A DNA stretch of 33,974 bases from Paracoccaceae bacterium (GTDB taxonomy: Bacteria; Pseudomonadota; Alphaproteobacteria; Rhodobacterales; Rhodobacteraceae): the NCBI GenBank assembly GCA_003500165.1, contig DNSZ01000105.1, forward strand, positions 693 through 34,666, written 5' to 3'. Under the pieces are notes generated by a model, which saw only the letters and a program-made list of their open reading frames with translations, was not told the origin of the DNA and did no database searches. Below, piece after piece: positions 18,472-24,211 of the stretch. The translations under genes and the position numbers were made by a program. How positions within the stretch are numbered: the first letter of the stretch is position 1; each line of letters starts with the position of its first letter.

Positions 18472-18772
18472 TTGGTTGCGAGAACCGTTCTATACTGAGC
18501 GGGTGCGCCGATGCCTCGGCCATCGCAGCGCCGAGCGCCCCCGGCTGTCGGGTGGCACTATCGCGCTTGGCCTGATGCGCGGGGTGATGACCTGGCCGAA
18601 ATCCCGCGGCGCGCAAGAGGTGCTGTTTCACGTCACCTCGGGCGTGGAAGTGGCGCACAGCCACAAGCTGGCCAGGCGGCTGGGATTTGCTTTGGTTGGG
18701 GGGGGAGTTATGCGAAATAGAACTAGTGCGCACGCGATAAGAAAACGGCTTGTAAACAGGCATGTAACATGA
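18472..18772 (+). pseudogene. 3' half of a GNAT-family N-acetyltransferase gene, truncated at the IS end
   Basis: The translation ...GGTIALGLMRGVMTWPKSRGAQEVLFHVTSGVEVAHSHKLARRLGFALVGG has the GNAT motif A/B layout (G-x-G loop, then a helix ending in xxLGF). Recognisable similarity begins exactly where the IS terminal repeat ends (18471/18472). No N-terminal half is present. Confidence 0.45.
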
Positions 18773-19125
18773 GCAAAGAAATGATCCGCCGGGCAGTCCG
18801 CACATCTTTGTTCCTTGGAATGCTATTTGTTGTGTTTCTAGGCATAGCGTTTTTTCTTAGAGTAGCTATAAATGCGCCACTTGTGATTGTCAACACATTC
18901 AGTGCAATCTCAGCAGTGCTGCTGTTCCTTGCGGTCTTTCTTGCGATGTTTGGGTTTTTTCTCCCAGTTCTTGGTGGCTACGCTTACCACAACATAATGT
19001 CGGAAAAGGAAAGGCGCACAATTAGCAGATTCTGGATTTGGCGATTCTTATTGGACCTGGAAAATGAAGGCTGCGTGAGCCAAAATGAGGATAGTGCGCC
19101 GACCTCTGAGAAAGGCACGAAGTGA
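18769..19125 (+). CDS. Orphan 118-aa multi-TM membrane protein in an AT-richer segment
   Basis: ATG at 18769 overlaps the upstream frame stop (ATGA). There are three or four hydrophobic segments (SLFLGMLFVVFLGIAFFL, LVIVNTFSAISAVLLFLAVFLAMFGFFLPVLGG), then a charged tail. Base composition and codon usage clearly differ from the surrounding genome. I recognise no family. Confidence 0.55.
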   Translation: MSKEMIRRAVRTSLFLGMLFVVFLGIAFFLRVAINAPLVIVNTFSAISAVLLFLAVFLAMFGFFLPVLGGYAYHNIMSEKERRTISRFWIWRFLLDLENEGCVSQNEDSAPTSEKGTK

Positions 19126-19295
19126 TGGGAAACGATAGAGAGAGCCAGGAGGTGGGCTTCTACGTATCAGTTTTCGGGATTCAAGGTAGTGTGGGGATAG
19201 ACATCAAAGAGGGAATCACCGTTTCAGGTCTTTATCAGCTTTCTGCTGGCGCCGCAGGTGCGGCAGAGTTGTCACTCAAGTTTAGGAACATCTGA
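19125..19295 (+). CDS. 56-aa ORF translationally coupled to the membrane protein; probably the 5' stub of a gene cut off by the IS end
   Basis: Its ATG overlaps the upstream stop (TGATG at 19123-19127). The translation is MGNDRESQEVGFYVSVFGIQGSVGIDIKEGITVSGLYQLSAGAAGAAELSLKFRNI. The last codons and the TGA (19285-19295) lie inside the IS5-like terminal repeat. Confidence 0.35.
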   Translation: MGNDRESQEVGFYVSVFGIQGSVGIDIKEGITVSGLYQLSAGAAGAAELSLKFRNI

Positions 19296-19720
19296 ACAAG
19301 GCTGTCGGCTCCGCCGATGCTCCGTCCTGCGCGCTGTCTTTGGCATGAACCGGCTCGTTTGCAGCGATTTTTCCGCTGTCTTGACCGCGTGACCGGCGGC
19401 CGCACCGAGTTCGGACGGACTCCCCCTCATGCCAGCAGCCGTCGTCGGACGAGAAACAGGTTGCCGAGGGCGAACGGCGTGAAGCGTTGCGCCCGGTTCT
19501 TCCTGAGCCCGCGAAAGCGCGTCTTCGGATACCCGAACCGGACCGGCTCTACCGCCGTCAGGGCTTCGACGGCGACCGCGCCCGCGTCGAACACCTGTTC
19601 GCGCTTCATGAAAAACGGGTCGCGCCGCTGGCCAGCGCCCCGCCCCGCACGCCGCGCCGGCGCCGCCCCCATCCCCGGCCATAGCCGGGTGCCGGCCAAT
19701 CCCGCCGCCGGCCGGCAACC
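19285..19720 (-). mobile_element. Decayed 3' remnant of an IS5-family element (terminal repeat plus the transposase C-terminus)
   Basis: The plus strand of 19285-19300 reads GGAACATCTGAACAAG, 12/16 to the IS5 terminal repeat. The minus-strand ORF 19427-19699 ends ...FGYPKTRFRGLRKNRAQRFTPFALGNLFLVRRRLLA, the conserved C-terminal block of IS5-group DDE transposases. Everything upstream of about 90 aa is missing, and the remnant abuts the HxlR stop. Confidence 0.7.
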
Positions 19721-19721
19721 G

Positions 19722-20105
19722 TCAGGTCGTTCGGCCCCGGGGGCGCGCCTGGTCTTTGCCGGCCCCGGCCTGCTGCACCTGTGCGCCGAACTCGGCCATG
19801 GCCGCGATCACCGGTTCGGCGCGCCGCCCAAGGTCGGTCAGCGTGTAGTCGGTCTTTGGCGGGACCGTCGGATAGATGCGCCTGGCCACCAGGCCGCGCG
19901 CCTCCAGCGCGCGCAGACGCGCCGCCAGCATGCGCGGCGAGATGCCGACCAGCGAGCGCTGCAATTCTGAATACCGCCTGGTTCCCGACATCAGGTCGCG
20001 GAAGATCAGCGTCGTCCACTTGCCGCCAAGGACATCATGGGCCTCGGCGACGGGGCAGTCCGTGGCGCAGCATGTGCCCTCGGCACCCGGTTGCGGAAGT
20101 TCCAT
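19722..20105 (-). CDS. HxlR-family (MarR-like winged-helix) transcriptional regulator
   Basis: It carries CPVAEAHDVLGGKWTTLIFRDL ... RRYSELQRSLVGISPRMLAARLRALEARGLV ... PPKTDYTLTDLG, a canonical HxlR signature. I prefer ATG 20105 (127 aa); the track start at 20135 is a TTG. Confidence 0.88.
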   Translation of the reverse strand: MELPQPGAEGTCCATDCPVAEAHDVLGGKWTTLIFRDLMSGTRRYSELQRSLVGISPRMLAARLRALEARGLVARRIYPTVPPKTDYTLTDLGRRAEPVIAAMAEFGAQVQQAGAGKDQARPRGRTT

Positions 20106-20133
20106 GCCGCGCCCCCGTTGCAGAGCCAGAGTC

Positions 20134-20152
20134 AACTATACAATTGGTAGTT
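20134..20152. promoter_or_regulatory. AT-rich imperfect palindrome in the hxlR / membrane-protein divergent region (candidate operator)
   Basis: AACTATACAATTGGTAGTT has arms AACTA/TAGTT around a central CAATTG. It stands out in otherwise GC-rich DNA. Confidence 0.35.
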
Positions 20153-20215
20153 ACTTCACAAAGTATATCCCGTCAATAGACAGGGGCCATCGCAACCGAC
20201 GAAAGGACCCGACCC

Positions 20216-20620
20216 ATGACGCGACTGAAAGTTCTCCTGTGGGTGGTTGGCATCTCGCAGATCGTGCTTGGTGCGCTGACCCTCTTCGCGCCGACCTTCT
20301 TCTTCGAGACCATGGGGCTCAGCGCACCGCCCGCCGACAACACCTACATGCTGGGCATGCTTGGCGCGCGGTTCCTCGCCTATGGGCTGGGGATGTTCTG
20401 GCTGGCCTGCCAGGCGGTGCCGGACCTGTTCTGGATCCGCAACATGATCCTCATCCAGCTGATCGATCTTGGCGCCGGCGCGTTCTATCTTGCCACCGGG
20501 GTCATCGGGCTGTCGGTCGCGGCGTTTCCGATGTTCAACGCAACCGTGCTTGCCGTGCTGCTCTATCTGTGGAGCAATCCCGATGGCCAGCGGACACAGG
20601 CAGCGCATAGCGGCACCTGA
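20216..20620 (+). CDS. Four-TM small membrane protein of unknown function, divergent from the HxlR regulator
   Basis: The 134-aa ORF has GAAAGGA about 8 nt upstream of the ATG. It has four clear hydrophobic helices and genome-typical codon usage. Confidence 0.75.
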   Translation: MTRLKVLLWVVGISQIVLGALTLFAPTFFFETMGLSAPPADNTYMLGMLGARFLAYGLGMFWLACQAVPDLFWIRNMILIQLIDLGAGAFYLATGVIGLSVAAFPMFNATVLAVLLYLWSNPDGQRTQAAHSGT

Positions 20621-20679
20621 CCGACCGGTTGGCGGCGTGCGCATCTGCCGGGGTTGTCACGCCCAAGCCCGCCGCCGGG

Positions 20680-21660
20680 TCAGCCCGGCGGCGGGGCAAG
20701 CACCCCGGCCAGAAACGGCATCGCGGTGGTCAGCGGCGCGGTCACCTCTTCGGCGATCAGCCGGGCGGTGCGGGCGGCAATGTCGGCGGGCATCGCGCCC
20801 AGCTCGCCCGCCCGCGCGAACAGGGCGATCCGGCGCGCCATCGGTGGCCCGGGCAACGGCGCCAGCGACACAAGCGCGTGAAAACGCTGCGCGGCAGCAT
20901 AGCCGAGCGGCGTGATGATGCTCCACCCCTCGCCGGCCGCGGCCATCGCCAGGATCGCGTGATAGCTGTCGAGTTCGAAGCGCTGCGGCAGGCGCAGGGA
21001 TTGCCGGGCGAGCCAGGCCTCGATCAGCCGGCCCATGGCGTGCCGCGAGGTGTAGTGGATGAAGGGCAGATCGCCCAGCGCGGCCGGATCGACCCCCGGC
21101 GCCGCCCGACCCGACGGCAGGACCAGAACGAACGGATCGTTGAGCAGCGGCCAGGCCTCGGCCCAATCGGGGCGCGGGCCGGTCTCGGCGGCGATCGCGA
21201 TGTCGAGTGCGCGCGCCGCCAGCCGCTCCTGCAGCCGGTGGCTGGCCGCCGTTTCCAGGTGGAAATGACACGCGCCCAGATCGGCCGCCAGATCGGTCAG
21301 CAGCCGCGGCGTGACGCCGGCGTCGAAATCCTCGATCACCCCAAGCCGCAGGGTTTCAAGCCCCGAAAGATCGCCCGCGGTCAGTTCGGCCCGGGCGCGG
21401 GCGGCCTCGTCGAGAATCCGCTGTGCCCGTCGCAGGAACAGCCGGCCCGCCCCGGTCAGCGCGATCGGACGCGCCGCGCGGTCGAAAAGCGGCGTTGCAA
21501 GCGCCGATTCGAGGTTGGCAACCTGCTGGGACACCGATGACGGGCTGGCGCCCAGCCGCCTGGCCGCCGCCGACACCGCGCCTTCTTCGGCGACCGCGAC
21601 GAACACTTCCACCCCCCACAAGGTGACGCGGCCGGCGCCGCGCGCGACCCGGTCGGGCAT
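20680..21660 (-). CDS. LysR-family transcriptional regulator
   Basis: It has an N-terminal HTH (FVAVAEEGAVSAAARRLGASPSSVSQQVANLE) and a C-terminal substrate-binding domain. The ATG at 21660 directly abuts the phaR stop codon (21661-21663). Confidence 0.9.
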   Translation of the reverse strand: MPDRVARGAGRVTLWGVEVFVAVAEEGAVSAAARRLGASPSSVSQQVANLESALATPLFDRAARPIALTGAGRLFLRRAQRILDEAARARAELTAGDLSGLETLRLGVIEDFDAGVTPRLLTDLAADLGACHFHLETAASHRLQERLAARALDIAIAAETGPRPDWAEAWPLLNDPFVLVLPSGRAAPGVDPAALGDLPFIHYTSRHAMGRLIEAWLARQSLRLPQRFELDSYHAILAMAAAGEGWSIITPLGYAAAQRFHALVSLAPLPGPPMARRIALFARAGELGAMPADIAARTARLIAEEVTAPLTTAMPFLAGVLAPPPG

Positions 21661-22230
21661 CTATTTCTGCAGCTCGGCCAGACGCGCCTGCAGATCGGCA
21701 AGCTGGCGGCGGATGTCGGCCAGGCCCGCCTCGGCCTCGGTGCCCGATGTCTCGGCCGGGCCGGCCGGGTCGCGCGCCGGGCTGCGGGCAAATCCGCCCA
21801 TCATGGTCGACAGGAATTCCTGCTGCTTGCGCTGCAATTCGGTCAGATTGCCCATGGCCGAGGCCACGGGGTTCGGCAACGCCTTCCAGCCTTCCATCAT
21901 CTGGGACTGGCTTTCGCGCAGCATCTCGAAGGAGGAGGCGAGGAAATGCGGCACGATGGATTGCGCCTGGCTGGTGTAGGAGCGGACCAGATCGGTCAGC
22001 ACATCGACGGGCAGGACATGATCGCCACGGCTTTCATGTTCGGCGATGATCTGCAGCAGGTATTGCCGGGTCACGTCGTCGCCGGTCTTCAGGTCGACGA
22101 TCTGCACGGCGCGGCCGTCGCGGATCACGCGGGCCACATCGTCGAGGGTCACATAGTCGCTCGTTTCGGTATTGTAGAGCCGGCGACTGGCATAGCGCTT
22201 GATCAGCAGCGGCGGGTCGGTATCGGTCAT
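21661..22230 (-). CDS. phaR: Polyhydroxyalkanoate synthesis repressor PhaR
   Basis: The N-terminus IKRYASRRLYNTETSDYVTLDDVARVIRDGRAVQIVDLKTGDDVTRQYLLQII is the PhaR DNA-binding signature. It is 189 aa. Confidence 0.95.
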   Translation of the reverse strand: MTDTDPPLLIKRYASRRLYNTETSDYVTLDDVARVIRDGRAVQIVDLKTGDDVTRQYLLQIIAEHESRGDHVLPVDVLTDLVRSYTSQAQSIVPHFLASSFEMLRESQSQMMEGWKALPNPVASAMGNLTELQRKQQEFLSTMMGGFARSPARDPAGPAETSGTEAEAGLADIRRQLADLQARLAELQK

Positions 22231-22245
22231 CGGCGCGGGCTCCGT

Positions 22246-22259
22246 CTGCGGCGGTGCAG
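22246..22259. promoter_or_regulatory. CTGC-N6-GCAG palindrome upstream of phaR (candidate autoregulatory PhaR site)
   Basis: The site reads CTGCGGCGGTGCAG. On the minus strand the region reads GCTGCACCGC, identical over 10 nt to the half-site of the palindrome at 23018-23034. Confidence 0.4.
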
Positions 22260-22282
22260 CGAAGCCTAGGCGAGGCCGTGCC

Positions 22283-22311
22283 GAAAGAAAAGGGCGGCCA
22301 CGCGGCCGCCC
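22283..22311 (-). terminator. Rho-independent terminator after the tailed phasin gene
   Basis: On the minus strand GGGCGGCC-gcgt-GGCCGCCC forms an 8-bp GC stem (22311-22292), followed by CTTTTCTTTCGG. Confidence 0.65.
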
Positions 22312-22317
22312 CGATGC

Positions 22318-22977
22318 CTAGCTGCCCGCGCCCGTGGGCGGTTTCGGGGCTGTCTTGCGCCGTGGCCGTCGGGCGGTGGGTTTGGCCTGCGCCGGCTTGT
22401 CCGTCGCTTCGGCCTTGGTCGCGGCCTTCCGGGTGCTGCGCCGTCGCGGCGCGGGTTTGGCGGGTGCGGCGGGTTCAGCGGCCTTGGGCGCAGGCTTGGC
22501 GGGTGCTGTCGCCTTCGGCTTTGCGGCCCCGGCCACGGTTTCCTTCACAGCGGCCGGCACGGGCAGGGATCGCGGCTCGGCCGGTGTCGCCGCATCGGTC
22601 GGCTGCACGGGTGCCTTGGCATGGGCGTCGAGCAGCACCTCGATGGTTTCGACCTGCGCCCGCTTGGCGACCTCGGCAAAGCTTGCCAGCCTTTCGCCGG
22701 CCACCTCGACCGAGGCAGCGGCGAACGCGCCTAACGCGCTGGCGTAGTCCTTGGGCGTTTCGCGTCCGCGCAGCGCGACCTGAAGGTCGGAAAGTGCGGT
22801 CTTCGTCCAGGCGCCTGAAATATCGGCCGCGCTGTCGGCGGCACGCAGCGCCACCCGGCTGAGCCTTTCGCCAAGCCGTGCGCTGGTGCGAAATCCTGCC
22901 GTCAGCGCCTGCGGGTTCGCGGGTGGAAAGGCGCGCAGGAGTTGGGTGAAGGGGTCAAGGCGGTCGGGTGAAGTCAT
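22318..22977 (-). CDS. Phasin-family protein fused to an Ala/Lys/Pro-rich histone-H1-like C-terminal tail
   Basis: The N-terminal roughly 115 aa are paralogous to the adjacent phaP product (shared LGERLSRVAL.AA..SAD.S..WTK ... FAEVAKR.Q.ET.E). The C-terminal roughly 100 aa are low-complexity (AAKPKATAPAKPAPKAAEPAAPAKPAPRRRSTRKAATKAEATDKPAQAKPTARRPRRKTAPKPP). The start is ATG 22977 (GGAG 7 nt upstream) or ATG 23004. Confidence 0.85.
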   Translation of the reverse strand: MTSPDRLDPFTQLLRAFPPANPQALTAGFRTSARLGERLSRVALRAADSAADISGAWTKTALSDLQVALRGRETPKDYASALGAFAAASVEVAGERLASFAEVAKRAQVETIEVLLDAHAKAPVQPTDAATPAEPRSLPVPAAVKETVAGAAKPKATAPAKPAPKAAEPAAPAKPAPRRRSTRKAATKAEATDKPAQAKPTARRPRRKTAPKPPTGAGS

Positions 22978-23017
22978 CTCGGGCTCCGATCTTGGTCCGG
23001 TCATCGTCTCGCCCTTG

Positions 23018-23034
23018 ATGCTGCGGTGCAGCAT
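23018..23034. promoter_or_regulatory. Perfect palindrome ATGCTGC-GGT-GCAGCAT upstream of the tailed phasin gene (candidate PhaR operator)
   Basis: It has 7-nt perfect arms with a 3-nt spacer. On the minus strand it is preceded by CTTGCA (-35-like). It has the same architecture as the site at 23621-23641. Confidence 0.6.
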
Positions 23035-23072
23035 TGCAAGCCGGGCGACCTGGTAGGGCCGGCAGCGCAACA

Positions 23073-23101
23073 GGAAACGGGCCCGCCGGGGGCCCGTTTC
23101 C
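23073..23101 (-). terminator. Terminator hairpin after phaP
   Basis: GGAAACGGGCCC-gccgg-GGGCCCGTTTCC forms a perfect 12-bp stem. On the minus strand the stem ends in GTTTCC, followed by TGTTG. It sits between the phaP stop (23124) and the next promoter. Confidence 0.6.
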
Positions 23102-23123
23102 GGCGAATCAGTCCGCGTCGCGC

Positions 23124-23564
23124 CTAGTTGGCGGCGCCCTTGGCGGCGGCGGTCATGTCGTCGGTCGCCTTCTTCATCGCGGCGGTGGCTTCTTCGGAGA
23201 ATTCCTTGCCCGAGGCCATCATCAGTTCCATGGTCTCCATCTGGACGCGCTTGGCGATCTCGGCGAAGGCGGCCATATGCTCGGCGGCCATTTCGGCCGA
23301 AGCCGAGGCAAAGTCCGATGCAGCCTTGGAATAATCGGCCGGCTCTTCATGTGCCTTGGTCACTTCGCCAAGCTTGGCGATGGTTTCCTTGGTCCAGCGG
23401 GTCGACACATCAGCCGATTCCTCGGCCGCGCTCAGCGCGACGCGGGACAGCCTTTCGCCCAGCTGGGCGGTGTTCTTGAACATGTCGGTCATGGCCGAGA
23501 AATCGGTCGGGAAAGCCGACATCATGTCGTTGAAGGTCTTGGTGAAGTCGGGGGTCGCGGTCAT
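23124..23564 (-). CDS. phaP: Phasin (PHA granule-associated protein)
   Basis: It is 146 aa from ATG 23564 (AAGGAG 9 nt upstream). It is a helical phasin sequence (FKNTAQLGERLSRVALSAAEESADVSTRWTKETIAKL ... FAEIAKRVQMETMEL). The track ORF extended to 23864 is not supported. Confidence 0.92.
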   Translation of the reverse strand: MTATPDFTKTFNDMMSAFPTDFSAMTDMFKNTAQLGERLSRVALSAAEESADVSTRWTKETIAKLGEVTKAHEEPADYSKAASDFASASAEMAAEHMAAFAEIAKRVQMETMELMMASGKEFSEEATAAMKKATDDMTAAAKGAAN

Positions 23565-23615
23565 CTGCATCTGCTCCTTGGGTATGGCGTTCCGGGCGTT
23601 GGCCCGATGTCCAGA

Positions 23616-23644
23616 CAGATAAATGCTGCAGCGCAGCATTTCAA
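23616..23644 (-). promoter_or_regulatory. phaP promoter with an embedded palindromic operator AAATGCTGC-AGC-GCAGCATTT
   Basis: On the minus strand it reads TTGAAA (23644-23639), a 17-nt spacer, then TATCTG (23621-23616). The palindrome at 23621-23641 has 9-nt perfect arms and a 3-nt spacer, and it fills the promoter spacer. Confidence 0.6.
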
Positions 23645-23679
23645 GTCCTTTCTGCAGTGCGGCGGTGCCGGAGGGCCGG

Positions 23680-24102
23680 TCAGCGCAGTTCGATCCGGAC
23701 CTCCACGGCGCCACCCCCCAGATCGAAGGCGGCCCGGTCGAAACCCGGCGGCCCGAAGCGGCCGCGCGCGTTGCGCGAACACCCATAGGGTTCGGCGGGC
23801 AGGCCAAGCGCACCGGTGTCCAGCGCGCCATCGCCGTCGACATCGTGAAACACGGCGACGGCATAGCGGCCCGGCGGCAGGTCGCGGAACGTGACGGTCA
23901 CCGCGCCGGCGGCGGCGGGCACAATGCGGCCCTCGACCATCGCGGCGGGGGATGGGAAATCATCCGACGGGCCATGAAGCCCGATCGAAACCAGGCCGCC
24001 AGCGCTTTCGAGGTTGGTGACCACGACGCGGATGTCGCCCGCCATCGCCGGTGTTGCGGCCGCCATGGTCGCGGCGAAGAGAAGGGCGCGCAGGGATGTC
24101 AT
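23680..24102 (-). CDS. DUF2141-like secreted protein (Ig-like beta-sandwich family)
   Basis: It is 140 aa from ATG 24102 (AGGAGG 8 nt upstream). The signal peptide is MTSLRALLFAATMAAATPAMA. The body has GRYAVAVFHDVDGDGALD ... GLPAEPYGCSRNARGRFGPPGF, typical of DUF2141. Confidence 0.8.
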   Translation of the reverse strand: MTSLRALLFAATMAAATPAMAGDIRVVVTNLESAGGLVSIGLHGPSDDFPSPAAMVEGRIVPAAAGAVTVTFRDLPPGRYAVAVFHDVDGDGALDTGALGLPAEPYGCSRNARGRFGPPGFDRAAFDLGGGAVEVRIELR

Positions 24103-24176
24103 CGGTCGTGCCTCCTGTCCGTTGGCATCGCGCCGGGGCGTTGCCGACAGCGTCAGGGGCCGCCTGGAGCCGCTGA

Positions 24177-24189
24177 TTGACATTGTCAA
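24177..24189. promoter_or_regulatory. Perfect 13-nt palindrome TTGACA-T-TGTCAA between phaC and the DUF2141 gene
   Basis: Read directly from the sequence. It presents a consensus TTGACA hexamer on both strands. Its role is unknown. Confidence 0.3.
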
Positions 24190-24211
24190 GATTGCGGGTG
24201 CGCCGCGCGGG

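Noticed and set aside
19487-19684. Plus-strand ORF containing RARVEHLF, which resembles the IS5 transposase VEH motif
   Set aside because: The opposite (minus) strand carries the much longer and collinear transposase C-terminal block (FGY...RGL.KN.AQ...FAL.NL). The plus-strand match is a short coincidence on the complementary strand of the same DNA.
24177-24189. FNR/CRP-type box interpretation of TTGACATTGTCAA
   Set aside because: FNR/FnrL-type sites are TTGAT-N4-ATCAA (TTGA-N6-TCAA). This palindrome is TTGA-N5-TCAA, one base too short, so I list it only as a palindrome of unknown function.
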